Shown piece by piece: positions 30,390 through 40,076 of a stretch of DNA of 64,000 bases. A program made the position numbers and the translations under genes. Location of the stretch: assembly GCA_964567895.1 (NCBI GenBank), contig CAZMOX010000002.1, positions 6,307 through 70,306 on the forward strand. The letters are read 5' to 3'. How positions within the stretch are numbered: the stretch's first letter is position 1; each line of letters starts with the position of its first letter. Source of the DNA: an uncultured Spirochaetales bacterium. GTDB lineage: Bacteria; Spirochaetota; Spirochaetia; JABMQR01. A model generated the notes under the pieces. That model worked only from the letters and a program-made list of their open reading frames with translations. It ran no database searches and was not told the origin of the DNA.

Positions 30390-30411
30390 AACTGGATCTC
30401 CTGTATATTAT

Positions 30412-30475
30412 TTATTGTAACAATAAACAAACTTTCTGTTACTTTTGTATCATTTTTATGTTATCATAGTAACAT
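30412..30475. promoter_or_regulatory. Candidate operator sites in the divergent deoR/operon promoter region: a 15-bp perfect palindrome TTATTGTAACAATAA (30412-30426) and ATGTTA-N6-TAACAT (30458-30475)
   Basis: The palindromes lie immediately upstream of the AGGAGA RBS of the aldolase gene and ~60-110 bp upstream of the deoR start. Confidence 0.45.
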
Positions 30476-30538
30476 ACAAAAAATACGGCGTCAATATTTT
30501 ATTGTGTAAATTATGCAATTACCTACAGGGGATATAAG

Positions 30539-31315
30539 ATGAGCATTCGTAAAAACAGGGTTGAAACGATTCAAAAGATAGTCAGGGATTCTGCATCTAT
30601 AACTATAAAAGATCTGGCAGAAGAACTTGCTGTATCGAAGATGACTATAAGAAGGGATCTGGACCAAATTTTGAGCAACCCGAAAATTCAATTCATTAGA
30701 GGAATGCTTATATACAACCCAATACTTGATGCTTCTGACGAGTCTCATTATTCTGTTATTTCAGCATCAACACTGAATAAGGAAGCAAAAAAAAGAATAG
30801 TTTCCAAGGCACAATCGCTGCTTGAACCAAATGATATAATTCTTATAGATGCTGGATCAACCACAGAGATGCTTGCCAGAATTCTTCCGAAGGAGCTCGA
30901 GCTTGATGTGATTTGCTTTAGCCTGAATATACTAAATACTATCCTCAAGTTCGGGAACTGTAATATTACGTTGCCGGGAGGAAAACTCCACTGCAGTTCC
31001 ATGGTTTTTCAAAGCAGAGAAGGAATTGAGCTATTGAAAAAAACAAGAGTAAAAAAAGCTTTTATATCTGCTTATGGTGTAGATATCAGACTGGGAGTAA
31101 CCTGTTCTGCGGACTTTGAAAGTGAGCTGAAAATGACAGCTATCAACACGGCGGAACAACGGATTCTTCTAGTGGATTCTTCAAAGTTTGGGAAAGTAAC
31201 CAATTTTCATTTTGCTGATCTGGAAAATTTTGATACCATTATCACGGACAAATTACTGTCCAAAGAACTAGCAAAAGAGATACGAAGCAGAGGTATAACG
31301 CTGTTTATGATGTGA
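30539..31315 (+). CDS. DeoR-family transcriptional regulator
   Basis: N-terminal HTH (ITIKDLAEELAVSKMTIRRDLDQI) and C-terminal DeoR sugar-phosphate-binding domain. 258 aa. Divergent from the catabolic operon. Confidence 0.85.
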   Translation: MSIRKNRVETIQKIVRDSASITIKDLAEELAVSKMTIRRDLDQILSNPKIQFIRGMLIYNPILDASDESHYSVISASTLNKEAKKRIVSKAQSLLEPNDIILIDAGSTTEMLARILPKELELDVICFSLNILNTILKFGNCNITLPGGKLHCSSMVFQSREGIELLKKTRVKKAFISAYGVDIRLGVTCSADFESELKMTAINTAEQRILLVDSSKFGKVTNFHFADLENFDTIITDKLLSKELAKEIRSRGITLFMM

Positions 31316-31320
31316 GCTGA

Positions 31321-32118
31321 CTATACTCCCATTTCTTTTGAAAATCTTACAATTTTCTTTGCCAGTCCTTTATCCGAATTTATAGTAACTACAACCCCTT
31401 TTAAGGCTGCTGGTGTATCAGCAATTTGATTCTTTAACGGGATTTGGGTCATTTGACGCTTGATTGAAATTTCCGGCTCACTGCCAATTACACTCATCAC
31501 CGGTCCGGTCATCCCGATGTCTGTGATATAAGCAGTACCTTTGGGAAAAATACGCTCATCAGCCGTTTGAATATGTGTATGGGTACCCACGACTGCTGCT
31601 ACCGTACCATCAAGGTAAAGAGCCAGTGCTTCCTTCTCTTCAGTAGATTCAGCATGAAAATCAATAAGTATACAGGTATTCGGCCGTTTCACCTGCTGTA
31701 CAAGTTCTTTACCTATCCGAAAAGGACAGTCAATGGTACTCATATGCATCCGCCCCTGAAGGTTGATAACGACTACCTCAATTCCCTTAACCGTTATCGC
31801 AGCTACGCCTTTTCCGGGGACACCCGGGGGATAGTTAGCAGGCCTGATTATCTTCCGTGTGCCGTTCAGCATTGGATAAATCTCATTCTTCTGCCAAATA
31901 TGGTTTCCCGAGGTGATAATATCCACACCCGCTGCAAATATAGCATCGGCAATTTCAGGAGTTATGCCAAATCCATCAGAAGCATTTTCTCCATTTGCAA
32001 TTACCACATCGGCACGATAATCTTTAATTAACTGTTTTAATCCCATAAAAATAGCCCTGTTCCCAGGTTGACCACAAATATCACCTAAAAATAGGGCTTG
32101 TATATCTTTTCCTGACAT
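31321..32118 (-). CDS. ymdB: YmdB-like metallophosphoesterase (2',3'-cyclic nucleotide phosphodiesterase family, TIGR00282-like)
   Basis: LFLGDICGQPG, GNHIWQK, and the calcineurin-like pattern. Conserved position immediately downstream of rny, as in Bacillus. Confidence 0.8.
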   Translation of the reverse strand: MSGKDIQALFLGDICGQPGNRAIFMGLKQLIKDYRADVVIANGENASDGFGITPEIADAIFAAGVDIITSGNHIWQKNEIYPMLNGTRKIIRPANYPPGVPGKGVAAITVKGIEVVVINLQGRMHMSTIDCPFRIGKELVQQVKRPNTCILIDFHAESTEEKEALALYLDGTVAAVVGTHTHIQTADERIFPKGTAYITDIGMTGPVMSVIGSEPEISIKRQMTQIPLKNQIADTPAALKGVVVTINSDKGLAKKIVRFSKEMGV

Positions 32119-32140
32119 AATTCCATCTTTTACCTGCTGA

Positions 32141-32204
32141 TTTCACAGCTTACTTGCTGATTTCACAGCTTACCTGCTGATTTCACAGCTTACTTGCTGA
32201 TTTA
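32141..32204. repeat. 20-bp tandem repeat TAC[C/T]TGCTGATTTCACAGCT x3 plus a degenerate 4th copy. It fills the rny-ymdB spacer and overlaps the rny stop.
   Basis: Direct reading: tacctgctgatttcacagct / tacttgctgatttcacagct / tacctgctgatttcacagct / tacttgctgatttatcagcg. Confidence 0.9.
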
Positions 32205-33737
32205 TCAGCGGGCGTATTCCACAACCCGTGTTTCACGGATTATTGTAACTTTTATTCTTCCAGGATAACGCATCTCTGCCTCAATTCTTTTGGCTATCTC
32301 TTTAGCAAGTTCTTTGGCTTTATCATCACTTACAGATTCATAGTTAACAAGAATCCGCAGTTCACGACCAGCCTGAATTGCATAAGCTTTATCAACACCT
32401 TCAAAACTTTCGGATATCCGCTCAAGATCCTCAAGCCGTTTCACATAATTATTCAGTGTTTCTCTTCTTGCCCCAGGTCGTGATGCTGAAATTGCATCTG
32501 CAATCTGTACAATTACAGACTCTATGCAACTAGGTTCAACATCATTATGATGGGACAGGATTGCATTAATTACACGTGGATCCTCACCAAGTTTTTTTGC
32601 CATTTCCGCACCCATTTCAGCGTGGTTAGCATCACTCTCAGTTTCAACTCCCTTACCGATATCATGCAGTAGTCCGCCCCGTTTTGCTATTTCACGGTCT
32701 GCGCCAATTTCTGCTGCAATCATACCCGAAAGGATGGCAACTTCTTTTGCATGATACAATACATTTTGTCCGTAAGAAGTACGAAAATAGAGCCTTCCCA
32801 GTATTTTCACAGTTTCCTGACTCATACTATGGATTCCAAGATCAAAGAGTATCTTTTCACCCTCTTCCATAATAGTTTTTGAGATCTCCTTTGTCACCTT
32901 CTGAACTACTTCTTCAATTCTTGCCGGATGTATTCTTCCATCCTGAATCAGCCGGCCCAGTGCAACCTTGGCAATCTCTTTTCTTACCGGATCAAAACAG
33001 GAGATAACAACGGCTTCCGGTGTATCATCAATGATAACATCAACACCAGTCAATGTTTCCAAAGTTCTGATATTTCTCCCTTCCCGGCCAATAATACGGC
33101 CCTTCATCTCGTCGCTCGGTAGACTGACTGAACTAATAGTCACCTCTGAGCTAACATCAGTAGCAATACGCTGAATGGATGTTATAATAATATCACGTGC
33201 CAGTTTATCAGCCTTAAGTTGAGCTTCCTGTTCGATTTTATTAACAACAACCTGTGCGTCATGTTTGGCGTCATTCAACATAGATTCCATGATAATTTGT
33301 TTCGCTTCATCAGAACTCATTCCGGCAATTCTTTCTAATTCTGACAGCCATTTTGCCTCTTCAGCAGTCAGTTTTGTTTCCCTAAGTGATAATTTTTCCT
33401 CTCGGTTTGATAGCTGTTTTCGACCATTTTCTAATTCAGTCTGCTTCCTTTCTAGATTTTCTTCTTTCTGCAGCAGTCTTCTTTCCAGCCGCTGCAATTC
33501 ACTTCTTCTTTCTCTCGTCTCACGTTCCTGCTGTTGTCTCTCTTTCAGCAGTTGATCTTTTGTTTCAAGTAGAAGCTCTTTCTTTTTTGCTTCTGCTTCT
33601 TTTATCGCTTCCTGATTCAAACGCGCAGCTTTCTGTTCAACTGAAGTCAGTTGAAACCTGGCATAGACCAAACGAAATATCCAACCTAGAATCAAACCTG
33701 AGAGAAGAAATAGTACTGAAAATATATACCGCGGCAT
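32205..33737 (-). CDS. rny: Ribonuclease Y
   Basis: N-terminal TM, coiled-coil, KH domain (GREGRNIRTLETLTGV), HD domain (LLHDIGK). 510 aa. Confidence 0.92.
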   Translation of the reverse strand: MPRYIFSVLFLLSGLILGWIFRLVYARFQLTSVEQKAARLNQEAIKEAEAKKKELLLETKDQLLKERQQQERETRERRSELQRLERRLLQKEENLERKQTELENGRKQLSNREEKLSLRETKLTAEEAKWLSELERIAGMSSDEAKQIIMESMLNDAKHDAQVVVNKIEQEAQLKADKLARDIIITSIQRIATDVSSEVTISSVSLPSDEMKGRIIGREGRNIRTLETLTGVDVIIDDTPEAVVISCFDPVRKEIAKVALGRLIQDGRIHPARIEEVVQKVTKEISKTIMEEGEKILFDLGIHSMSQETVKILGRLYFRTSYGQNVLYHAKEVAILSGMIAAEIGADREIAKRGGLLHDIGKGVETESDANHAEMGAEMAKKLGEDPRVINAILSHHNDVEPSCIESVIVQIADAISASRPGARRETLNNYVKRLEDLERISESFEGVDKAYAIQAGRELRILVNYESVSDDKAKELAKEIAKRIEAEMRYPGRIKVTIIRETRVVEYAR

Positions 33738-33833
33738 ATTCTTCCCCCTGTGTTATTTTTTTCAATAATATGCAAGTACTCGACATCTGTCAAGCAATTG
33801 AGCCAATTTCATAAATCAAAGATTTATAAAATA

Positions 33834-33913
33834 TTGGCTTCAGAAGTTTTTTGATAAATGTTTTATCTTATTGTATCAAAAATAATTATAAATCATCAAA
33901 AAACTTCACTCAT
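33834..33913. repeat. Copy B of the ~80-bp palindromic intergenic element. Lies upstream of rny.
   Basis: ttggcttcagaagttttttgataaatg...ttgtatcaaaaataattataaatcatcaaaaaacttcactcat. ~85% identical to 4331-4413. Confidence 0.8.
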
Positions 33914-33974
33914 AGGTCGTTCTTTCAAAATTAATAATTTGAAAGAACCTCAATTATAAAAATCTCTTATTTTA

Positions 33975-34012
33975 CTAAAACAAAAAAAGACCGACATTGA
34001 TATGCCGGTCTC
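33975..34012 (-). terminator. Rho-independent terminator downstream of rplQ (end of the alpha operon)
   Basis: AGACCG-acattgatatgc-CGGUCU hairpin followed on the minus strand by UUUUUUUGUUUU. Confidence 0.65.
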
Positions 34013-34097
34013 TGCAGAATACATGTTTTAATAGCACTAACCATGTATTTCAGGTATAAGAATATCTTATTCCTCAGGTTTTTCTGGGAAATAGTAA

Positions 34098-34631
34098 TTA
34101 TTCAGTTTTTTCTGCCTCTACATCAGTTGCTTCCACTACTTCTTCTGTCTTAACAGCTTTAGGAGTTTCTTCAATAATTTTTTCTTCAACTACCGCAGCA
34201 TCCTGCGTTTCCTCTTTGGTTTTATCTGCTTTTTTATCTTTCTTAGCAGCTTTTGCATCCTTTTCAGAAGCAGCAGTTTTTTTCACTAACTCAATAATAA
34301 CCATTTCAGCAGCATCACCTTTTCGAAGTCCAATTTTGAGAATTCTGGTGTATCCACCTTTTCTCTCTGCAAACATAGGTGATATTTCAGTAAATAATTT
34401 GTTCAATACAGCTTTGTCATTAACATCTTTAGCTATAATTCTTCTATCATGTACTGAGTCAGTTTTTGCTCTGGTAATCATTTTCTCAACTACTTTACGA
34501 ACTTCCAAGGCTTTCGCTTTAGTTGTTTCTATCCTTTCATAGCGTAAAAGTGAGATCGCCATATTTCGCAACATAGCTTTTCTATGACTCTGCTTTCTAT
34601 CCAGCCTGTTAAAGCCAACTTTATGCCTCAT
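34098..34631 (-). CDS. rplQ: 50S ribosomal protein L17 with ~55-aa K/E/A-rich C-terminal extension
   Basis: [24 protein letters not shown]... L17 core. 177 aa versus a typical ~120 aa. Confidence 0.9.
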   Translation of the reverse strand: MRHKVGFNRLDRKQSHRKAMLRNMAISLLRYERIETTKAKALEVRKVVEKMITRAKTDSVHDRRIIAKDVNDKAVLNKLFTEISPMFAERKGGYTRILKIGLRKGDAAEMVIIELVKKTAASEKDAKAAKKDKKADKTKEETQDAAVVEEKIIEETPKAVKTEEVVEATDVEAEKTE

Positions 34632-35673
34632 TATCTTCTTCCTTGTTACCTGGTATTCTTATTGAAGTCTTTAGAACACTGTAATCAGTCATACCGAGAC
34701 TCAGGTTCCACTCTTTTAATTTCTCTTTAATCTCCGTGAGAGATTTCTTACCAAAATTCCGTGTTTTAGCTATTTCTTCTTCACTTCTTTTTGTTAAATC
34801 ACCAATTGTTCTAATATTAGCATTTTTAAGACAATTGCTGGAGCGTACAGAAAGCTCAAGTTCCTCAACAGGTGTGTTAAGTATTTTCTTCACTTTCGCT
34901 TCTTCTTCATCAATCTCTTCGTGACTACTGACAATACTTTCATCAAAATTAATAAAAATTGAAAAGTGATCTTTTGCAATTTTAGCAGCTTCAGCAAGTG
35001 CATTTTCCGGTGCAATAGATCCATCAGTATATACTTCAAGAATCAGTTTATCATAATCATTTCTCTGTCCAACACGCGTGTTTTCAATAAAAAATTTAAC
35101 ACGTGTGACCGGAGAAAATACTGCATCGATTGGAATAGTCCCAATTTCTTCAATGTATTTTTCATTGACTTCAGAAGGAACATACCCTCGGTTAAGATCA
35201 ATTTGAATCTCAATGTCAATATTTGCATCATTCATCATATTAAAAAGAACCAAGTCTTTATTAATTATTTCAACACCGTCTTTTTCCAGATCAGCTCCGG
35301 TAACAGCCCGTTCACCCTTACATTCAACAAGCAGAGTTTTACTCTCAACGTCTTCAGGAAGTTTGATTCTCAGTTTTTTTAATCTGCTGATGATATCAGA
35401 TGTATCTTCAATAACGCCGATTAGTGCTTCAAATTCACTTGAAATGAAATGAGGATTCCCCTCACTGTCATAACAGGTAAACTTTACCGCTGTAACTGCA
35501 TAACCCTGTATTGAGGAGAGCAGAATTCTCCGTAAAGTATTTCCTATTGTTGTACCATATCCGCGTTCAAACGGGTATGCAATGAATTTACCATAATTTG
35601 TTTCTACTTTGTTGTGCTCAAAGGTGATTCCTTTCGGCTTTTTAAATCCTTTTAAAAGATTTTTTCGTGCCAT
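34621..35673 (-). CDS. rpoA: DNA-directed RNA polymerase subunit alpha
   Basis: NTD dimerisation and CTD ([24 protein letters not shown]). 350 aa. Confidence 0.95.
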   Translation of the reverse strand: MARKNLLKGFKKPKGITFEHNKVETNYGKFIAYPFERGYGTTIGNTLRRILLSSIQGYAVTAVKFTCYDSEGNPHFISSEFEALIGVIEDTSDIISRLKKLRIKLPEDVESKTLLVECKGERAVTGADLEKDGVEIINKDLVLFNMMNDANIDIEIQIDLNRGYVPSEVNEKYIEEIGTIPIDAVFSPVTRVKFFIENTRVGQRNDYDKLILEVYTDGSIAPENALAEAAKIAKDHFSIFINFDESIVSSHEEIDEEEAKVKKILNTPVEELELSVRSSNCLKNANIRTIGDLTKRSEEEIAKTRNFGKKSLTEIKEKLKEWNLSLGMTDYSVLKTSIRIPGNKEEDNEA

Positions 35674-35681
35674 GATTTCTC

Positions 35682-36317
35682 CTATCTTGAATAGAGCTCT
35701 ACAATCAGCTGCTCGTTAATAGCAGCGAGTTCCGTTACTTCGCTTCTTCTGGGAACAGCAAGAAATTTTCCTTTCATATTATCCGGATCCAATTCGATCC
35801 AGGGTACTATTCCGGATTTTGAAAACTCTTTCAAACTTTCCTTGATAACAATCATCTTCTTTGAACGATCTGCAATACTGATCTCATCACCCTCTTTAAC
35901 TCTATATGAAGGTATAGTCACACGTTTTCCATTCACAAGAATATGTCCGTGAGACACGATCTGATGTGCCGAATTTCTGGATGTTGCAAATCTCATTCTG
36001 AAAACAACGTTATCCAATCTACGTTCAAGAAGCATAATAAGGTTTTCACCAGTCTTCCCAGCCATCTTTTCTGCCTGAACAAATGTCAGCTTAAACTGTT
36101 TTTCCAACATACAGTAGGTCTTTCTAAGTTTCTGTTTCTCTCTCAGCTGAATACCATAGTCAGTCATTTTCTTTTGCCGGGATTTAGGTCCTTTACCCGG
36201 AAGTCCGGCTTTCTTGGAAATTGGACATTTTGCGGTATTACAACGTTCACCTTTAAGATTTAGTTTTGTTTTTTCTGCCCTGCATGTCTTGCATTTGGGG
36301 CCTAAATATCTTGCCAT
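35682..36317 (-). CDS. rpsD: 30S ribosomal protein S4
   Basis: [10 protein letters not shown]..., zinc-ribbon cysteines, S4 domain. Confidence 0.95.
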   Translation of the reverse strand: MARYLGPKCKTCRAEKTKLNLKGERCNTAKCPISKKAGLPGKGPKSRQKKMTDYGIQLREKQKLRKTYCMLEKQFKLTFVQAEKMAGKTGENLIMLLERRLDNVVFRMRFATSRNSAHQIVSHGHILVNGKRVTIPSYRVKEGDEISIADRSKKMIVIKESLKEFSKSGIVPWIELDPDNMKGKFLAVPRRSEVTELAAINEQLIVELYSR

Positions 36318-36332
36318 ATTCTTCGTACTCCT

Positions 36333-36710
36333 TTAGACTCTTCGGCTTTTTCTTGGCCGACACCCATTATGAGGAATTGGGGTTACATCACGAATGCTCC
36401 GTACTGTTAACCCTAATCCACCGAGAGCTCTGATAGCAGATTCTCGACCGACGCCCGGGCCTTTAACAAATACATGCACCTCGCGGAGCCCAAAATCCAT
36501 GGCTTTTTTAGCCGCTGTCTCAGCTGTTGTTTGTGCAGCGTAAGGCGTTGACTTTTTTGCACCCCGGAACCCAAGTCCCCCGGCACTAGACCATGATACT
36601 GTGTTACCTTTCAGGTCAGTAATTGTCACAATAGTATTATTAAATGTAGCTTGAATGTAAACATTCGCTTCAAATACGGTTTTTTTGGTTTTTCTTTTAA
36701 CCTTCGCCAC
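36333..36710 (-). CDS. rpsK: 30S ribosomal protein S11
   Basis: [18 protein letters not shown]-type motif ([18 protein letters not shown]). Confidence 0.95.
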   Translation of the reverse strand: MAKVKRKTKKTVFEANVYIQATFNNTIVTITDLKGNTVSWSSAGGLGFRGAKKSTPYAAQTTAETAAKKAMDFGLREVHVFVKGPGVGRESAIRALGGLGLTVRSIRDVTPIPHNGCRPRKSRRV

Positions 36711-36723
36711 TCTCTATCTCCTC

Positions 36724-37089
36724 TTATTTCTTCTTACCGGCTACGGTCTTTTTCTTACCTTTTCTGGTACGGGCATTGGTTTTCGTTCTTTGTCCTCTGA
36801 CTGGAAGTCCACGTCGGTGACGAAGTCCTCTATAGCAACCAATATCCATAAGTCTCTTAATATTCAGGGCAGTTTCCGTTCGCAGTCTACCTTCTACTTT
36901 ATAATCTTCATCCAGCACTTTACGAAGTTCATTTACCTGATCCGGGGTAAGATCATTCATCTTAAGATCCGGATCCATTCCGACTTTCTTACAAACTTTT
37001 ACTGCTGATGTTCTCCCAATACCATAGATATAGGTTAAAGAAATTTTTATTGCTTTATTAGGAAGGTCAACTCCCGCAATTCTTGCCAT
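36724..37089 (-). CDS. rpsM: 30S ribosomal protein S13
   Basis: [10 protein letters not shown]... and C-terminal [15 protein letters not shown]. Confidence 0.95.
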   Translation of the reverse strand: MARIAGVDLPNKAIKISLTYIYGIGRTSAVKVCKKVGMDPDLKMNDLTPDQVNELRKVLDEDYKVEGRLRTETALNIKRLMDIGCYRGLRHRRGLPVRGQRTKTNARTRKGKKKTVAGKKK

Positions 37090-37102
37090 GTACTAAGGCC
37101 TC

Positions 37103-37216
37103 CTACTTCTGTCTCTGTTTGTGTTTTTTATTCTCACAAATTATCCGTACAACACCACGCCTACGGATAACTTTACATTTATCACATATAGGTTTTACAC
37201 TTGCTCTAACTTTCAT
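37103..37216 (-). CDS. rpmJ: 50S ribosomal protein L36
   Basis: Manual reverse translation gives [37 protein letters not shown] (37 aa, TAG stop). Below the ORF-track size cut-off. Confidence 0.9.
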   Translation of the reverse strand: MKVRASVKPICDKCKVIRRRGVVRIICENKKHKQRQK

Positions 37217-37226
37217 GTTTTACCTC

Positions 37227-38549
37227 TTACAAATTCCTCGATTTAATTTTTCCTTTCTTAACCAGTCCATCATGATGGTGCATCTTAAGATGTCCTTCAA
37301 TTTGTGACATAGTATCCAAGTCTACACCTACCATAATAAGCAGTGAAGTACCACCCAGTATCATAGCTACAGATGTAGGGAAATTAAAAAATTTCTGTAC
37401 CAGCGTCGGTATCAGCGCTATAAATGCCAAGAATAACGACCCAGGAAATACAATTCTGTTCAACACCCGTCTCAGATAGTCTTCAATTTTATCAGACCTG
37501 ATACCTGGTATAGAACCGCCATTTTCCCTGATTTGTCGTGAAATCTCTGTAGGATTCAGACTAACCTGGGTATAGAAAAAAGCGAACACAATGATCAGCA
37601 GGGTGTAGACAACCAGATAGGGGGCACCCTGCGGTCTCAGCCAGTTCGCAAATTTTGCCAGCCAGTTAATTTCCGGCCCAAGTGAAGAAGCAATCTGCAG
37701 TGGGAATGACAGCAGTGTTGATGCAAGAATTACCGGTATAACACCAGATGGATTGATTTTAAAAGGTATATATGTACTCTGAGATCCATACATCTTTCTA
37801 CCTACAACACGTTTAGCATAATGGACAGGTATTTTCCTCTGACCTTGCTGCTCGTAAATTACAAGAGCAACAACTATCAGAAACATCGCAAAAACTATAA
37901 TAACAACTACTGGATTTAAAACTCCGGACTGCACGCTTTTCACTAAGGTAATGATTGCAGTCGGAATTCTTGCTACAATTCCGGCAAATATCAGAAGTGA
38001 AATACCATTTCCTATTCCTTTTGCCGTTATCTGCTCACCAATCCAAACAAGAAACATAGTTCCCGTAGTTACTGTAATCATCGCAATGATAGTATATGGA
38101 AGCATATTTATGGTCACTGCATCCGGAATTGATTTCGCATAAACCGTTACTACATAGGACTGAAGAAGTGCAAGTACTATTGTTCCATAACGTGTAATCT
38201 TTTGAATCTTCTTTCTGCCGCCATCTTCTTCTGCGAGTTTCTTCAAAGAAGGAAACACTATCGTTAGAAGCTGCATAATAATCTGCATGGAAATATAAGG
38301 CATAATCCCAAGCATGAATACTGAGAAGTTCTTAAAAGCTCCACCTGCAAAGAAATCGATATATTCAGTCAATCCCATTGTTGAAGAAGACGCATCCTGA
38401 GCAAGAAAATATAGCCGCAGGGCGTTAACATTAATTCCCGGTATGGGTAAAGTTGCACCTAGCCTGAATATGACTAGCATTAGTGTGGTATAGCCAATCC
38501 GCTTTCTTAAATCTTTTATTCTGAAAACATCTACTAAGGAGTTTGCCAT
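37227..38549 (-). CDS. secY: Preprotein translocase subunit SecY
   Basis: 10-TM SecY pattern (LRKRIGYTTLMLVIFRLGATLPIPGIN...). 440 aa. No adk/map/infA between secY and rpmJ. Confidence 0.95.
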   Translation of the reverse strand: MANSLVDVFRIKDLRKRIGYTTLMLVIFRLGATLPIPGINVNALRLYFLAQDASSSTMGLTEYIDFFAGGAFKNFSVFMLGIMPYISMQIIMQLLTIVFPSLKKLAEEDGGRKKIQKITRYGTIVLALLQSYVVTVYAKSIPDAVTINMLPYTIIAMITVTTGTMFLVWIGEQITAKGIGNGISLLIFAGIVARIPTAIITLVKSVQSGVLNPVVVIIVFAMFLIVVALVIYEQQGQRKIPVHYAKRVVGRKMYGSQSTYIPFKINPSGVIPVILASTLLSFPLQIASSLGPEINWLAKFANWLRPQGAPYLVVYTLLIIVFAFFYTQVSLNPTEISRQIRENGGSIPGIRSDKIEDYLRRVLNRIVFPGSLFLAFIALIPTLVQKFFNFPTSVAMILGGTSLLIMVGVDLDTMSQIEGHLKMHHHDGLVKKGKIKSRNL

Positions 38550-38563
38550 CAGTTCCTTCTTTT

Positions 38564-38995
38564 TTATTGAATCTCACCGCCGGCTGCCTTGATTTTCCCA
38601 GCCGCGTTTTCTGATAATTTCAGACCTACTACAATTACCTTTTTATCAATTTCGCCATTTGCAAGAATCTTTGCTTTAACGTTTTTACCTTTAATAATCT
38701 TTTTCTCTTTCAAGGTTTCAATATTAACAGTATCTCCATCGTTAAAATTAATTGATAACTGTTCAAGAGAAACAGGCTCATAGACTACTTTAAAGGGATG
38801 ATTTGAAAACCCCTTTCGTGCAATCCTTCTATAGAGAGGCATCTGACCACCTTCAAACCCTGGACGGGTTCCTCCACCTGATCTTGAATTTTGTCCATCA
38901 TGACCTCTACCTGAGGTTCGACCCTTAGAAGCTTTTCCTCTTCCAACAATTGTTTTTTTCTTATTTGCCCCAACAGGTGCTATAATTTGTCCCAT
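38564..38995 (-). CDS. rplO: 50S ribosomal protein L15
   Basis: Gly-rich N-terminus GRGKASKGRTSGRGHDGQNSRSGGG. Confidence 0.93.
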   Translation of the reverse strand: MGQIIAPVGANKKKTIVGRGKASKGRTSGRGHDGQNSRSGGGTRPGFEGGQMPLYRRIARKGFSNHPFKVVYEPVSLEQLSINFNDGDTVNIETLKEKKIIKGKNVKAKILANGEIDKKVIVVGLKLSENAAGKIKAAGGEIQ

Positions 38996-38996
38996 C

Positions 38997-39194
38997 CTAA
39001 TCTATCTCCTCAACCTTAACAAGATGTGCAATAGTATTTATCATACCCAGCACAACAGGAGTTGCCTCTTTTTCAACAGAACTACCTATTCTACCTAACC
39101 CAAGCGCCTTGGCTGTACCACGTTGGTTGGGTTTGGATCTTATCAAACTTCGGACAAGTTCAACTCGTACAACTTTAACTTTTTTCTTAGCCAT
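38997..39194 (-). CDS. rpmD: 50S ribosomal protein L30
   Basis: MAKKKVKVVRVELVRSLI...TLGLGRIGSSV pattern. 65 aa. Confidence 0.9.
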   Translation of the reverse strand: MAKKKVKVVRVELVRSLIRSKPNQRGTAKALGLGRIGSSVEKEATPVVLGMINTIAHLVKVEEID

Positions 39195-39197
39195 ACT

Positions 39198-39695
39198 CTA
39201 ACCCCACATCTCTTTAACAGTCTTACCTCTGTTTTTAGCAACTTCTTTTGCATCAAACAGATTTTCAAGCCCGTTAAATACTGCTTTAACAATATTTATA
39301 GTATTTTTAGATCCTAAAGATTTGCTTAGGATGTCGTGAACGCCACAAGCATCCATTACCGCTCTGACTGGTCCACCGGCTATAACTCCAGTTCCAGGTG
39401 CAGCTGGTTTCAGCAGCACCTTGGCACTCTTATATTCACCAATAATTTCATGAGGTAATGTCGTTTTTTTAATCGGCACCTGAATCATGTTCTTTTTTGC
39501 TTTATCTATACCTTTTCTGATAGCTTCAGCTACATCGTTTGCTTTACCAAACCCAAAGCCGACTTTACCACTCTGATCACCAACAACAACCAATGCAGAA
39601 AAGGAAAACCTTCTACCACCTTTGACTACTTTAGCAACCCTGTTAAGTTTTATTAGTTTCTCAACAAATTCCTTTTCTCTGGTATTTTCCACCAT
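39198..39695 (-). CDS. rpsE: 30S ribosomal protein S5
   Basis: [30 protein letters not shown] motif. Confidence 0.95.
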   Translation of the reverse strand: MVENTREKEFVEKLIKLNRVAKVVKGGRRFSFSALVVVGDQSGKVGFGFGKANDVAEAIRKGIDKAKKNMIQVPIKKTTLPHEIIGEYKSAKVLLKPAAPGTGVIAGGPVRAVMDACGVHDILSKSLGSKNTINIVKAVFNGLENLFDAKEVAKNRGKTVKEMWG

Positions 39696-39701
39696 ATCCC
39701 C

Positions 39702-40061
39702 CTAAAACTTAATCCCGGTTTTTCTTGCACCGTCAGCAACACTCTTTACAATACCATGAAATAAATAGCCATTTCGGTCAAAAACAACTTCTTTTATTTT
39801 TAAATCGTTTAACCGTGTACCAATTAATTCACCGATTTTTGCAGCATTTTCAACGTTATTCCGAAGTTCTTTTGTTTCTGCTTCGGCATTACTTGCTGAC
39901 GCTAAAGTTTTTCCAGTGGTATCATCAATAATCTGAACATAAATATGATTATTACTTCTAAAAACGCTCATTCGGGGTCTGTCTGGAGTCCCGGTGATCC
40001 GTTTACGTATATGTATTTTACGTTTCAGTCTTTTTCTTCTTTTTTCACTAACTCGCTTCAT
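39702..40061 (-). CDS. rplR: 50S ribosomal protein L18
   Basis: RPRMSVFRSNNHIYVQIIDD pattern. Confidence 0.93.
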   Translation of the reverse strand: MKRVSEKRRKRLKRKIHIRKRITGTPDRPRMSVFRSNNHIYVQIIDDTTGKTLASASNAEAETKELRNNVENAAKIGELIGTRLNDLKIKEVVFDRNGYLFHGIVKSVADGARKTGIKF

Positions 40062-40076
40062 TATTTTACCACCCTA

